DNA of 64,000 bases from contig CM082580.2 of assembly GCA_040954595.2 (NCBI GenBank), positions 3,276,783-3,340,782 of the forward strand, given 5' to 3'. The translations under genes were made by a program, and so were the position numbers. Of the stretch, positions 14,405 through 24,900 are shown one piece after another. Source of the DNA: Balanoglossus misakiensis. Its lineage: Eukaryota; Animalia; Hemichordata. Each line of letters starts with the position of its first letter. Within the stretch, counting starts at the first letter, position 1. The notes beneath the pieces are model-generated. The model saw only the letters and a program-made list of their open reading frames with translations, made no database searches and was not told the DNA's origin.

Positions 14405-16294
14405 GTGTCCCAGTCGAATACCACTGCCAGTGTTGCCCAATTTCTATACGGTAAAAAAGACGGTGTTTATCCGTTTGAAAATTGTCAGGATGACTCCGAA
14501 CCTTTCCCGATTGCTTTGAGTAGTGCTACAACTTCTGGTGACGTCAGTGACTTCAGCGTCACCTCGCTCGTTGCCCCTGGCAACAATGTGGGTAAGTATA
14601 ACGTTGACACATGCTACGCCTCTGCAAAATAAACCAAAGTTAATGTGGAAAGTTGAGAGCTAGCTAACCTAAAATTGTATCAAGTATGAATATACATGTT
14701 CTCAGTTTTTACATTATATATTATTTCTAATTCCAGAACGCGAGAAGACATTTGAAAATCTGTATGATCATCTGACTGTGTTTGGTGAAGTCATTGAAAG
14801 GTGTACTCAGGAATTCAAACAGAGATTTCAAGGCAACAATGTTAAGTATAACGTTGACACATGCTACGCCTCTGCAAAATAAACCAAAGTTAATATGGAA
14901 AGTTGAGAGCTAGCTAACCTAAAATTGTATCAAGTATGAATATACATGTTCTCAGTTTTTACATTATATATTATTTCTAATTCCAGAACGCGAGAAGACA
15001 TTTGAAAATCTGTATGATCATCTGACTGTGTTTGGTGAAGTCATTGAAAGGTGTACTCAGGAATTCAAACAGAGATTTCAAGAAGAAAATCTATTACAAA
15101 ATGGTATGTATGTCAGTCAATACAAGACTTTCTTAAACTCTCCATGACAGACAGATAGCTGTAGACAGGTCAATTAATGCATATGTAAATTCCACACAGT
15201 CTGTAGGAAGTTGCCCTTTCACCCCCATTTCCTTGTGCAGATGTCCATCCTTACCTTTGAAATCACTGGGTTTGGACCTAACCATGGTGGTGGAAGGGTT
15301 AAACATTGTTACATGTATATTTACAGTCCCAGTATTTTCATTTGTTTTCTAACGACCAATACTTCTTGTTGTTTCAACAGATATTCTTCTCATCGTCCAC
15401 TGTCTTGCTCTGCATGGTCACGTTTCCAAGGATACAGGCGATTCAATCCCACAACTCGAGACTGACAATGTTCTCGTCGTCAGAGACTCGAATCAATGCA
15501 AAGTGTGCGGTAAAACATTCACGAGGCACTACACACTAATTGCTCATCAGGAGATTCACTCGAACAACAGGGAGAGACGGCATCAATGTGAGGAGTGCGG
15601 TAACGCCTTCTTCACAAAACAGGGACTCAAGTCGCATCTGTCGGTTCACTCAAACGAGAAACGGTTCCAATGCACGTACTGCGGTAAGCGGTTCCGACAT
15701 AGCTACACACTCAAGGGACACCAAAGCTTCCACACAGGCAAGAGGGCACACGAGTGTAAAGACTGCGGCAAGAGGTTCTACACGAAAGGCAAGCTGCAGC
15801 GGCATGCTGCAACGCACACGACCGAACGGCCGTACGCCTGCGAAGAATGCGGTAAAACGTTCCGCAAGAAGAACACCCTCAAACAGCACTACGGGACGCA
15901 CTCCAACGAACGTCCGTTCCCGTGCGAAGCCTGCGGAAAAGCGTTCAACCGAATGTCTTCCCTGAAAGAGCACTTACTGCAGCACACCGGCCAGCGTCTG
16001 TACGAATGCAGCGACTGCGGCAAGCGCTACGCCACCCGTCAGATCCTGCAGCAGCACCGCGTGACGCACTCAAACACCAAACCTTACAAATGCACAGACT
16101 GTGACAAGGCATTCGCCAGACCTCAGTCTCTTCAAAAGCATAGCTGGATTCACACAAACACAAAACCCTATGCATGCAAAGAGTGCGGTAAAGGATTCAC
16201 TTCTACCAGCCGCCTAATCACCCATCGGAGAACTCACTCCAAGGAAAGACCTTACCAGTGTCATTACTGTGGAAAAACTTTCAGTGATTGCTGA
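14405..16294 (+). CDS. C2H2 zinc-finger gene copy 1, 3'-truncated (9 complete fingers); possibly a pseudogene
   Basis: Exons ~14405-14591 (start uncertain), 14987-15103 and 15381-16294 join in phase 1. Tandem CxxC...HxxxH fingers with TGERPY-like linkers. A 7-bp insertion relative to copy 2 creates TGA inside finger 10. Confidence 0.8.
14579..15081. repeat. ~250 bp local tandem duplication of an intron+exon of ZnF copy 1
   Basis: 14579-14831 is repeated at 14832-15081; copy 2 of the gene has a single unit. Confidence 0.9.
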
Positions 16295-16813
16295 TTCCAG
16301 CAACTTGAACTGTCACACCCAAATCCACCAAAAAGACAATGTCAACACAGCAACCCGAGCGAAACAGCTTCCAAGTTCTGTACAAAAGCACCAAGAGAAA
16401 AAAGACTGAAAGTAGCTAGCCATCTATAGCTTTACTCAAATCCAAAGCTGTTAACCCTTTGGATGCCATATTTTGTTGTCAAAATGTGGTGCAACATTTT
16501 CATCATTTTCCGTTATTTTTTCCTTTAATTCTAGACCAAGAGGACACAATTTTCCATTATCTTAAGATCTTGTTCAAAATTTTAGGAGAAAAATATGACA
16601 TTTGTGAAAAATGACAAGTTGACTTGAGCGTATATTGAAAAGGTAATGTGTAAATACTGCCACAACACATTTACCAGAAATAGAGACACATTTGCAATAT
16701 TTACTTGTACATTACACTGACCTTAGCAGAATAGATAACTCCAAGATTTCCATTCACCCTGAGAGCATCAAGTATACATTTTGATCTCTTCAGACTTGTT
16801 TGACAAGGTATTG

Positions 16814-17473
16814 TTAAATAATAACACATGATAGCGAGGGCAATATCACGATTTGAAGCCTGCACGAGGGATGGTGCTCTCTGACCATAATATTGATGAT
16901 GCCCGAGCCGCAGGCGAGGGTATCATCAATATTGTGGTCAGAGATCACCAGCCCGAGGGCAGGCTTCAAATCGTGATATTGCCCGAGCATAATGTGTTAT
17001 TAATTTTATTACGCCGAACATTTGAACGTACATACACTGCAGCATGTAGCATGTAGACTCGCGTCCATATGTCGTACGTTGCTGAGAATGTAAAATGTCT
17101 CGATCTCCCAAGAATTATACAATACCTACTTCGAACTTAGATTATTTTGAAAATACTGCGCTGTTGGTTGCGATTTTGGTGTATTTACTGCCCGTTTGCA
17201 GTAAAATATCATCCAGTTGAACAGGTGTTAAGCCTGTGTGTCGCTTTGAAGCCATATAGATGCGGGAGTTGACTGATCGTGAAGGAAGCCATTGAACGAC
17301 AGTTTGGAACGCGCAGAAGTCGCGCGCAGAACACCAAAACAACCCAGCGGGCAATATCAGCGCACGCGACAGGGCTTTATCAACTCTAGCCATGTTATAT
17401 CACTTTTTTTTCTATATCACGTGAGCGCGTCTCAGCCAATCACGAAAACGGTATAATACGTGAGGTGTAATAA
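16814..17473. mobile_element. 660 bp insertion without TSD, long internal hairpin (Crypton-like non-autonomous element, tentative)
   Basis: Absent at the paralogous site (ggtattg|atgtcaat, 54623/54624). ~70 bp stem at ~16836-16988 with a gccgcaggc loop. Confidence 0.7.
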
Positions 17474-17823
17474 ATGTCAATAAAGTTATACACATTGACC
17501 TAATGAATGATTGGTTGTCCTACATAATTTTTCCTCTTATTGTATTGCTGTCCAAAATGCTATTTTGCATTTTCAGACGAATTAGTTTACCATTTCCAAA
17601 CAAGAGTTCTGAGGCACTACCATTTAGTTGTCTGCACTATCAGAAAACTGGTCTGAACGGTCGCATAGGGGTGCATGGCTATAATATTTCCATATCAGAT
17701 TCATGTTTCAGTTACCTCTGACATTTCTATAGCCATTGAACGCACATGGTTTTAGTTTACTGGGTGGGATTTGAAGCAATCAAATTCTGGTTTTCACAAT
17801 TTATCTGCTCATCTTTTGACAGT

Positions 17824-20800
17824 CTATCTGCGTTCTTCCAATTTCTCGAACATCTCTTCAATCAATCCGACCATATCGTCTCTTCCCATGGTGCTGAATA
17901 TTGCCAACAGATTCTCAAAGTTGCTTTCGAAGACAGGTCCCTTTAATTGTGGATACTTCCGTCTTGTTTTCTGAGCATTCACTTCTTCATCAGAATCTTG
18001 TTGGGGTGACGATGTTGATGACTGTGACATTTTTGCAGAACGACCTTCGGAGGTCTCTATGTCAGGTGAGATGGCTCTGGCACCTGCAGCTGTAGTGGTG
18101 TCTTTTCCTCGTCGGAATTGGACGCTTGAGTCTGGTTGTTGTGATGACGGTGACATTTTTGCTGAACGACCTTCGGAGGTCTCTATGTCAGGTGAGATGG
18201 CTCTGGCACCTGCAGCTGTAGTGGTGTCTTTTCCTCGTCGGAATAGGACGCTTGAGTCTGGTTGTTCTGATGATGGTGACATTTTTGCTGAAGGACCTTC
18301 GGAGGTCTCCTTGTCAGGTGAGATGGCTCTGGCACCTGCAGCTGTAGTGGTGTCTTGTCCTCGTCGGAATTGGACGCTTGGGTCTGGTTGTTCTGATGAT
18401 GGTGACATTTTTGCTGAACGACCTTCGGAGGTCTCTATGTCAGGTGAGATGGCTCTGGCACCTGCAGCTGTAGTGGTGTCTTTTCCTCGTCGGAATTGGA
18501 CGCTTGAGTCTGGTTGTTCTGATGATGGTGACATTTTTGCTGAACGACCTTCGGAGGTCTCTATGTCAGGTGAGATGGCTCTGGCACCTGCAGCTGTAGT
18601 GGTGTCTTGTCCTCGTCGGAATTGGACGCTTGAGTCTGGTTGTTCTGATGATGGTGACATTTTTGCTGAACGACCTTCGGAGGTCTCTATGTCAGGTGAG
18701 ATGGCTCTGGCACCTGCAGCTGTAGTGGTGTCTTGTCCTCGTCGGAATTGGACGCTTGAGTCTGGTTGTTCTGATGATGGTGACATTTTTGCTGAACGAC
18801 CTTCGGAGGTCTCTATGTCAGGTGAGATGGCTCTGGCACCTGCAGCTGTAGTGGTGTCTTGTCCTCGTCGGAATTGGACGCTTGGGTCTGGTTGTTCTGA
18901 TGATGGTGACATTTTTGCTGAACGACCTTCGGAGGTCTCCTTGTCAGGTGAGATGGCTCTGGCACCTGCAGCTGTAGTGGTGTCTTGTCCTCGTCGGAAT
19001 TGGACGCTTGGGTCTGGTTGTTCTGATGATGGTGACATTTTTGCTGAACGACCTTCGGAGGTCTCTATGTCAGGTGAGATGGCGCTGGCACCTGCAGCTG
19101 TAGTGGTGTCTTTTCCTCGTCGGAATTGGACGGTTGAGTCTGGTTGTTCTGATGATGGTGACATTTTTGCTGAACGACCTTCGGAGGTCTCCTTGTCAGG
19201 TGAGATGGCTCTGGCACCTGCAGCTGTAGTGGTGTCTTGTCCTCGTCGGAATTGGACGCTTGGGTCTGGTTGTTGTGATGATGGTGACATCGTTGCAAAA
19301 CCACTATCAACATCATGTGTGTCATGAGAAGTGGCCGGGAATTCTGCAGCTGTAGTGGTGTCTTGTCCTCGTCGGAATTGGACGCTTGGGTCTGGTTGTT
19401 GTGATGATGGTGACATCGTTGCAAAACCACTATCAACATCATGTGTGTCATGAGAAGTGGCCGGGAATTCTGCAGCTGTAGTGGTGTCTTGTCCTCGTTG
19501 GAATTGGACGCTTGAGTCTGGTTGTTGTGATGATGGTGACATCGTTGCAAAACCACTATCAACATCATGTGTGTCATGAGAAGTGGCCGGGAATTCTGCA
19601 GCTGTAGTGGTGTCTTGTCCTCGTTGGAATTGGACGCTTGAGTCTGGTTGTTGTGATGATGGTGACATCGTTGCAAAACCACTATCAACATCATGTGTGT
19701 CATGAGAAGTGGCCGGGAATTCTGCAGCTGTAGTGGTGTCTTGTCCTCGTCGGAATTGGACGCTTGAGTCTGGTTGTTGTGATGATGGTGACATCGTTGC
19801 AAAACCACTATCAACATCATGTGTGTCATGAGAAGTGGCCGGGAATTCTGCAGCTGTAGTGGTGTCTTGTCCTCGTCGGAATTGGACGCTTGAGTCTGGT
19901 TGTTGTGATGATGGTGACATCGTTGCAAAACCACTATCAACATCATGTGTGTCATGAGAAGTGGCCGGGAATTCTGCAGCTGTAGTGGTGTCTTGTCCTC
20001 GTCGGAATTGGACGCTTGAGTCTGGTTGTTGTGATGATGGTGACATCGTTGCAAAACCACTATCAACATCATGTGTGTCATGAGAAGTGGCCGGGAATTC
20101 TGCAGCTGTAGTGGTGTCTTGTCCTCGTTGGAATTGGACGCTTGAGTCTGGTTGTTGTGATGATGGTGACATCGTTGCCAAACCACTATCAACATCATGT
20201 GTGTCATGAGAAGTGGCCGGGAATTCTGCAGCTGTAGTGGTGTCTTGTCCTCGTCGGAATTGGACGCTTGAGTCTGGTTGTTGTGATGATGGTGACATCG
20301 TTGCAAAACCACTATCAACATCATGTGTGTCATGAGAAGTGGCCGGGAATTCTGCAGCTGTAGTGGTGTCTTGTCCTCGTCGGAATTGGACGCTTGAGTC
20401 TGGTTGTTGTGATGATGGTGACATCGTTGCAAAACCACTATCAACATCATGTGTGTCATGAGAAGTGGCCGGGAATTCTGCAGCTGTAGTGGTGTCTTGT
20501 CCTCGTCGGAATTGGACGCTTGAGTCTGGTTGTTGTGATGATGGTGACATCGTTGCAAAACCACTATCAACATCATGTGTGTCATGAGAAGTGGCCGGGA
20601 ATTCTGCAGCTGTAGTGGTGTCTTGTCCTCGTCGGAATTGGACGCTTGAGTCTGGTTGTTGTGATGATGGTGACATCGTTGCAAAACCACTATCAACATC
20701 ATGTGTGTCATGAGAAGTGGCCGGGAATTCTGCAGCTGTAGTGGTGTCTTGTCCTCGTCGGAAATGTATGCTTGGGTCTGGTTGTTCTGATGACGGTGAC

Positions 20801-21957
20801 ATTGTTGCAAAACCACTATCAACATTTTGTGTGTCATGAGAAGTGGCCGGGAATTCTGCGGTGTCTTTTTCCCATTGAAGACGTCTTGTCCCTACCCATC
20901 TACGACACCACTCTACAAAGATGTATTCTGTAACTGGTATGCCTGTTTTTGCCGACATCTCTTCAAATGCCCTGACATCCTGGTAGACGATTCCCATGAA
21001 TTTTTCTGCCATGAGGGCATAGTGCAAAGATGGTGCATGTTGAATGTCCATTCTCATGGTCAGTTTTCTTCTGGTTTCTAGAAGCATCCATTTGATATCA
21101 CAGCGTTTCCATTTATGTCGTAAGATTGTTGTGTCATGACCTTGACAAAGCAGGTCACAAACATCTTCTGCTTCACCAACTTCTTTGTTGTAAACTTTCT
21201 TTCCCATGTCTTCTGCACGTAGCACGTCATCCAGAGTGTAAAATTGTATTTTTTCTACGTTACTGTGGTTTGCAAGAGAATCTGCACTCAGGATAAGCTG
21301 ATTCATCCTGTTGCCTGGACATGCGATCGAGAAGACATCATGTACTTCTTTGGAAACCATCTCAAGAAGTTTGTAGCCCTCACCAATCGACTTCTTGTCT
21401 TTAACTCGTACACAGACATTGACTGCCCTTCTGCCATTGGTCATAAAGACAAGACCTTCAACTTCATGACACACTTTGATACCATTTCTCCATAAGCCAC
21501 TGGGCGGTTGGCCAAGGTTGGTGAAACGCTTATATAGACGGGTCTGTAATCTGGGGAAAAAGCCTGCCGTAAAGGAATCTGATTCATCGTGGCATTCGAA
21601 TCGTCTTCCAAGGTAGATTGTCTTCACTTCGCTCTTCTCCCAATGACCTTCAGGCATATCATCGTCTTGAAGCCCTGGTATGACGAAGAGTTTCTCTCCA
21701 GTCTTTGTGAGGCCATGTGCATGACAGAGAAGCTCAAAATCTTCCAGAAGGTCGATGAGAAGTTTGCTGTTTACACGGTCACCAAGTACATCTTCTATTT
21801 GATCCATCGTCTGAAAGCAATCTCTCTTGAATCTGGAACTGAACTGTGCAAATAAAGGAGTGGCCAACATTGGTCCAAATATCCTGTAACACAACCAGTT
21901 TGGATCCAATACCACGATATCTTCTCTTTCCAGAGATGACTTCTTCACAAACAAAAG
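17824..21957 (-). CDS. Roco copy 1 terminal exon: COR, death domain and 42-aa repeat tract
   Basis: Acceptor tgcacag before LLFVKK; 4134 bp open frame to the stop (3' part of the 1423-aa ORF). Confidence 0.9.
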   Translation of the reverse strand, partial: LLFVKKSSLEREDIVVLDPNWLCYRIFGPMLATPLFAQFSSRFKRDCFQTMDQIEDVLGDRVNSKLLIDLLEDFELLCHAHGLTKTGEKLFVIPGLQDDDMPEGHWEKSEVKTIYLGRRFECHDESDSFTAGFFPRLQTRLYKRFTNLGQPPSGLWRNGIKVCHEVEGLVFMTNGRRAVNVCVRVKDKKSIGEGYKLLEMVSKEVHDVFSIACPGNRMNQLILSADSLANHSNVEKIQFYTLDDVLRAEDMGKKVYNKEVGEAEDVCDLLCQGHDTTILRHKWKRCDIKWMLLETRRKLTMRMDIQHAPSLHYALMAEKFMGIVYQDVRAFEEMSAKTGIPVTEYIFVEWCRRWVGTRRLQWEKDTAEFPATSHDTQNVDSGFATMSPSSEQPDPSIHFRRGQDTTTAAEFPATSHDTHDVDSGFATMSPSSQQPDSSVQFRRGQDTTTAAEFPATSHDTHDVDSGFATMSPSSQQPDSSVQFRRGQDTTTAAEFPATSHDTHDVDSGFATMSPSSQQPDSSVQFRRGQDTTTAAEFPATSHDTHDVDSGFATMSPSSQQPDSSVQFRRGQDTTTAAEFPATSHDTHDVDSGLATMSPSSQQPDSSVQFQRGQDTTTAAEFPATSHDTHDVDSGFATMSPSSQQPDSSVQFRRGQDTTTAAEFPATSHDTHDVDSGFATMSPSSQQPDSSVQFRRGQDTTTAAEFPATSHDTHDVDSGFATMSPSSQQPDSSVQFRRGQDTTTAAEFPATSHDTHDVDSGFATMSPSSQQPDSSVQFQRGQDTTTAAEFPATSHDTHDVDSGFATMSPSSQQPDSSVQFQRGQDTTTAAEFPATSHDTHDVDSGFATMSPSSQQPDPSVQFRRGQDTTTAAEFPATSHDTHDVDSGFATMSPSSQQPDPSVQFRRGQDTTTAAGARAISPDKETSEGRSAKMSPSSEQPDSTVQFRRGKDTTTAAGASAISPDIETSEGRSAKMSPSSEQPDPSVQFRRGQDTTTAAGARAISPDKETSEGRSAKMSPSSEQPDPSVQFRRGQDTTTAAGARAISPDIETSEGRSAKMSPSSEQPDSSVQFRRGQDTTTAAGARAISPDIETSEGRSAKMSPSSEQPDSSVQFRRGQDTTTAAGARAISPDIETSEGRSAKMSPSSEQPDSSVQFRRGKDTTTAAGARAISPDIETSEGRSAKMSPSSEQPDPSVQFRRGQDTTTAAGARAISPDKETSEGPSAKMSPSSEQPDSSVLFRRGKDTTTAAGARAISPDIETSEGRSAKMSPSSQQPDSSVQFRRGKDTTTAAGARAISPDIETSEGRSAKMSQSSTSSPQQDSDEEVNAQKTRRKYPQLKGPVFESNFENLLAIFSTMGRDDMVGLIEEMFEKLEERR

Positions 21958-24900
21958 CTGTGCACAAGAAAAGAAAAATTTTGATACATGAAAATCTGCA
22001 TGTTGCACACATGAGACAATAATATTATAAAATTGGTGATTGCGGATTTCTGAAGAGAAAATAATTTGTAACTGATATGGAAATATCACATTCACTCAGC
22101 TTAGTATTCGTACTGAAAGAGAATGGATGAGCAAGATGTTGTTTCTTGTTACTGACCTCTCCTATGTCATGCAGATAGTTGGTGGCTTTTCTTAAGAAAC
22201 TTTCATCAACCATGGGATATATTTCTTTGATTCTTGTCATATATGTTTTCCAATAAAGTGCAGGGAACTTTTCTTTGTACAAGTCACTCTTCTTTTCCAT
22301 TATCTTGGCACACAGATTTGGAAGAGTTTTTACTGCCTAAAAATTTAGGAGACGAAAAATTAAATAACAGCATAACTTGTCCAGTAAGTCTCAAAAGTGA
22401 TGAATAAAACACATATTAGTCTACTGTACCTGGGATGGGGGTATGTAAAAGGCACTAAGTCTCTCTCTCGCTGCCCTTTTTTCCATTAATTATGTTTGAT
22501 ACAAGACTCGGTTTATGTTATTTTACATAGCGAAATCACAGTGAGGAACACAACTTGATTTCAATGGCATTCTTAAATAATTGACTGACATGCTGATGTT
22601 TCAAGTGAGACTTCACTCGGTGAATTTACACTGCTTGCCTCTGAGCCTGGTTCAAAATGGCGGCTAGTTCAAATCGTGTGTACAGCCAGATGTAAATCCA
22701 ATCTTAGCGTAAACATAGTTCACGATATTCTTCAAGCCATTTGTGTGGTCATCACATATGTTACTTATTGATATTGAGTACCCCTGGTACGTATTTAATG
22801 GAGAGATATTGTCCATTTAAGAAATGTATTCTTCATGAATCTTGTAATTGTACATGTAAATTAACTGTCATGAATACTTAAGGATGTACCGGTACGTTCA
22901 GTAAAATTGAAAGTATTGTCATTTTTTTAAATTGTGGATTTTTTTATTCTCCTTTGTACTATGTATAATGAAAATCCGTAATAAAATATAGGGGTCACCG
23001 CGCTTGTTTATGAAATACAGAGACATGAATTGGTCGATAATGGAAGAAATCTGCTGACTCACCATTTTTCACCAATGGTTTGTCTATGGGCAAAATTTTT
23101 AACGCAATTTATCTCAAAATAGAGCGCGGTGACCCCTATATTTTATTTGACCAATGAATTTATATTTGCTGGACTGAGCTATGTGTAAAATTTCGTGAAA
23201 ATGACAATAGTAGAATAATAGAAGTTTGTTTTCTAGCAATTATCAATGTAATCCTATGGGAAAAAGACTGGGCGCGCAGTGTTTCCGGTTTATGTTTTGC
23301 GCGTACATCCTTAAGAGGCAATATTGAGTACTATGAGGTTATCGCTGCATCACACTCGTCTTCGACTCGTGTGATGTGGCTCACAACCCACACTCGCGGC
23401 AAATATGGCCCAACAAGAGGTGATATGGGGCGATAACCGATTTATCATGTGCTCAAACATCGGAATTTACAAGAAAAATGAAAAAATAAAACAAGAACAT
23501 TTTAATTTTTATGAATTATTTTATTCCGCATAGCGCATTGATATTTTAATAAAATTGTAAATCGGCTTCATTCATGATGATGTTGACGTGACCCGCCATT
23601 TTAAAGTGTAGCGCTAGCGTACGGTTATGTAAAAGTATGAGGATAACTGTTAAGATGTAAAATAACGGTAGGAAACGACAACATCGGTAAGTCAAAGATG
23701 TTTTAGAATAGTAAATTGTTCAAGGACCGATCCGCATCATGCAAAACAACACATTCTGAAAATTGAACTTGAATCGGTGCAACAACAACAACGAACAAGT
23801 GAACGTCATCAACATTGCGATGAAATTCAAAATCGGTATGAAATTAGTTAAATTGCAAATAAAGCCAGAGGCCTTTTATATCAAAGTTCAAGAGTCTCAA
23901 AGTCTGCTCATTTTTTGTGAATTTTCTGATGAGCACGGAGAGTCATATCTGACTGCACGATGGCGTCGTTTGTTCGGTGGCGGGGGCTGTGTCATGGAGG
24001 ATGATCCCGTAGACGTCGCATTGGAAACGTACAGATATTGAACGAGCCGCCATATATCACTGCGTCGCTAAATATACCAACCCTTGTCGCCGTTTTCCAT
24101 CTGACACGTACTTGAACTGGTCGAACCAGATTTCACATGTGAAATTGCCCGATTTTCGACGTGTTTGGATGAAGATTGGGCGAGGATGTTTGACATCTCT
24201 TCCTGCTGTCTGAGCGAGGCGGTATTTTGTACAGGTGTAACTGACAATCGTGTTTTTTTCTAAATCAATCACACAAGATAAATCTTTTATTTATAACAAA
24301 TGTCCGAGGCCATCAGAACCCCATGACTTTCGATGTTGACTACCGGTATATCAAATCTCATGAAACCGGGCCCTGTATCGGGTTATGTTTGTTTACATTT
24401 AAGGTCGCGATTTTCATAAATATAGTTCCGGGTATCAGCGCAAGAAATGATGACGTTTAGTGTGAAATATCACCGGGTGATATTTCACACTAAACATGGT
24501 GATATTCACGTTAAACGTCACTAGGAGGAGGTGATATCAGCATGAGCATATGATAAAGCAAAATATTGTTACCTTTTTCTCATGTAAACAGGCACGGACT
24601 TGCTTCATTTCTTTATCTGTAGAATCACGGCAATTCACCAGAAATATGGCATTCACTATGTCTAAATAATCTTGAAACATTTTCTGTGCTTCTGTCAGAA
24701 CTTCGTCCAGCATATGGCGAGCTGTGAAATTATAACACGCAATTCTAATTGCTGCATAACAACTCGATTTGCAGAAAGTAAGGCATAAAGTTCAACTGTG
24801 AAACTTTTCCTTGACAAATAGCTAGTGCTTAAAATGGACACAGTAATAGCTGGGTTTTTTTTTTCAAACTTTGACATGTCCAACAACTATCTATACATGT

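Noticed and set aside
15540-16175. Overlapping ORFs on the ZnF exons (also 53357-53992)
   Set aside because: Alternative frames of a GC-rich zinc-finger exon.
18059-20837. Long alternative ORFs (422 aa plus strand, 590 aa His-rich minus strand)
   Set aside because: Shadow frames produced by a stop-free 126 bp repeat within the Roco exon.
21958-22095. N-terminal extension of the 1423-aa ORF (and the read-through in the 691-aa ORF)
   Set aside because: Intron sequence between a GT donor and a polypyrimidine/CAG acceptor.
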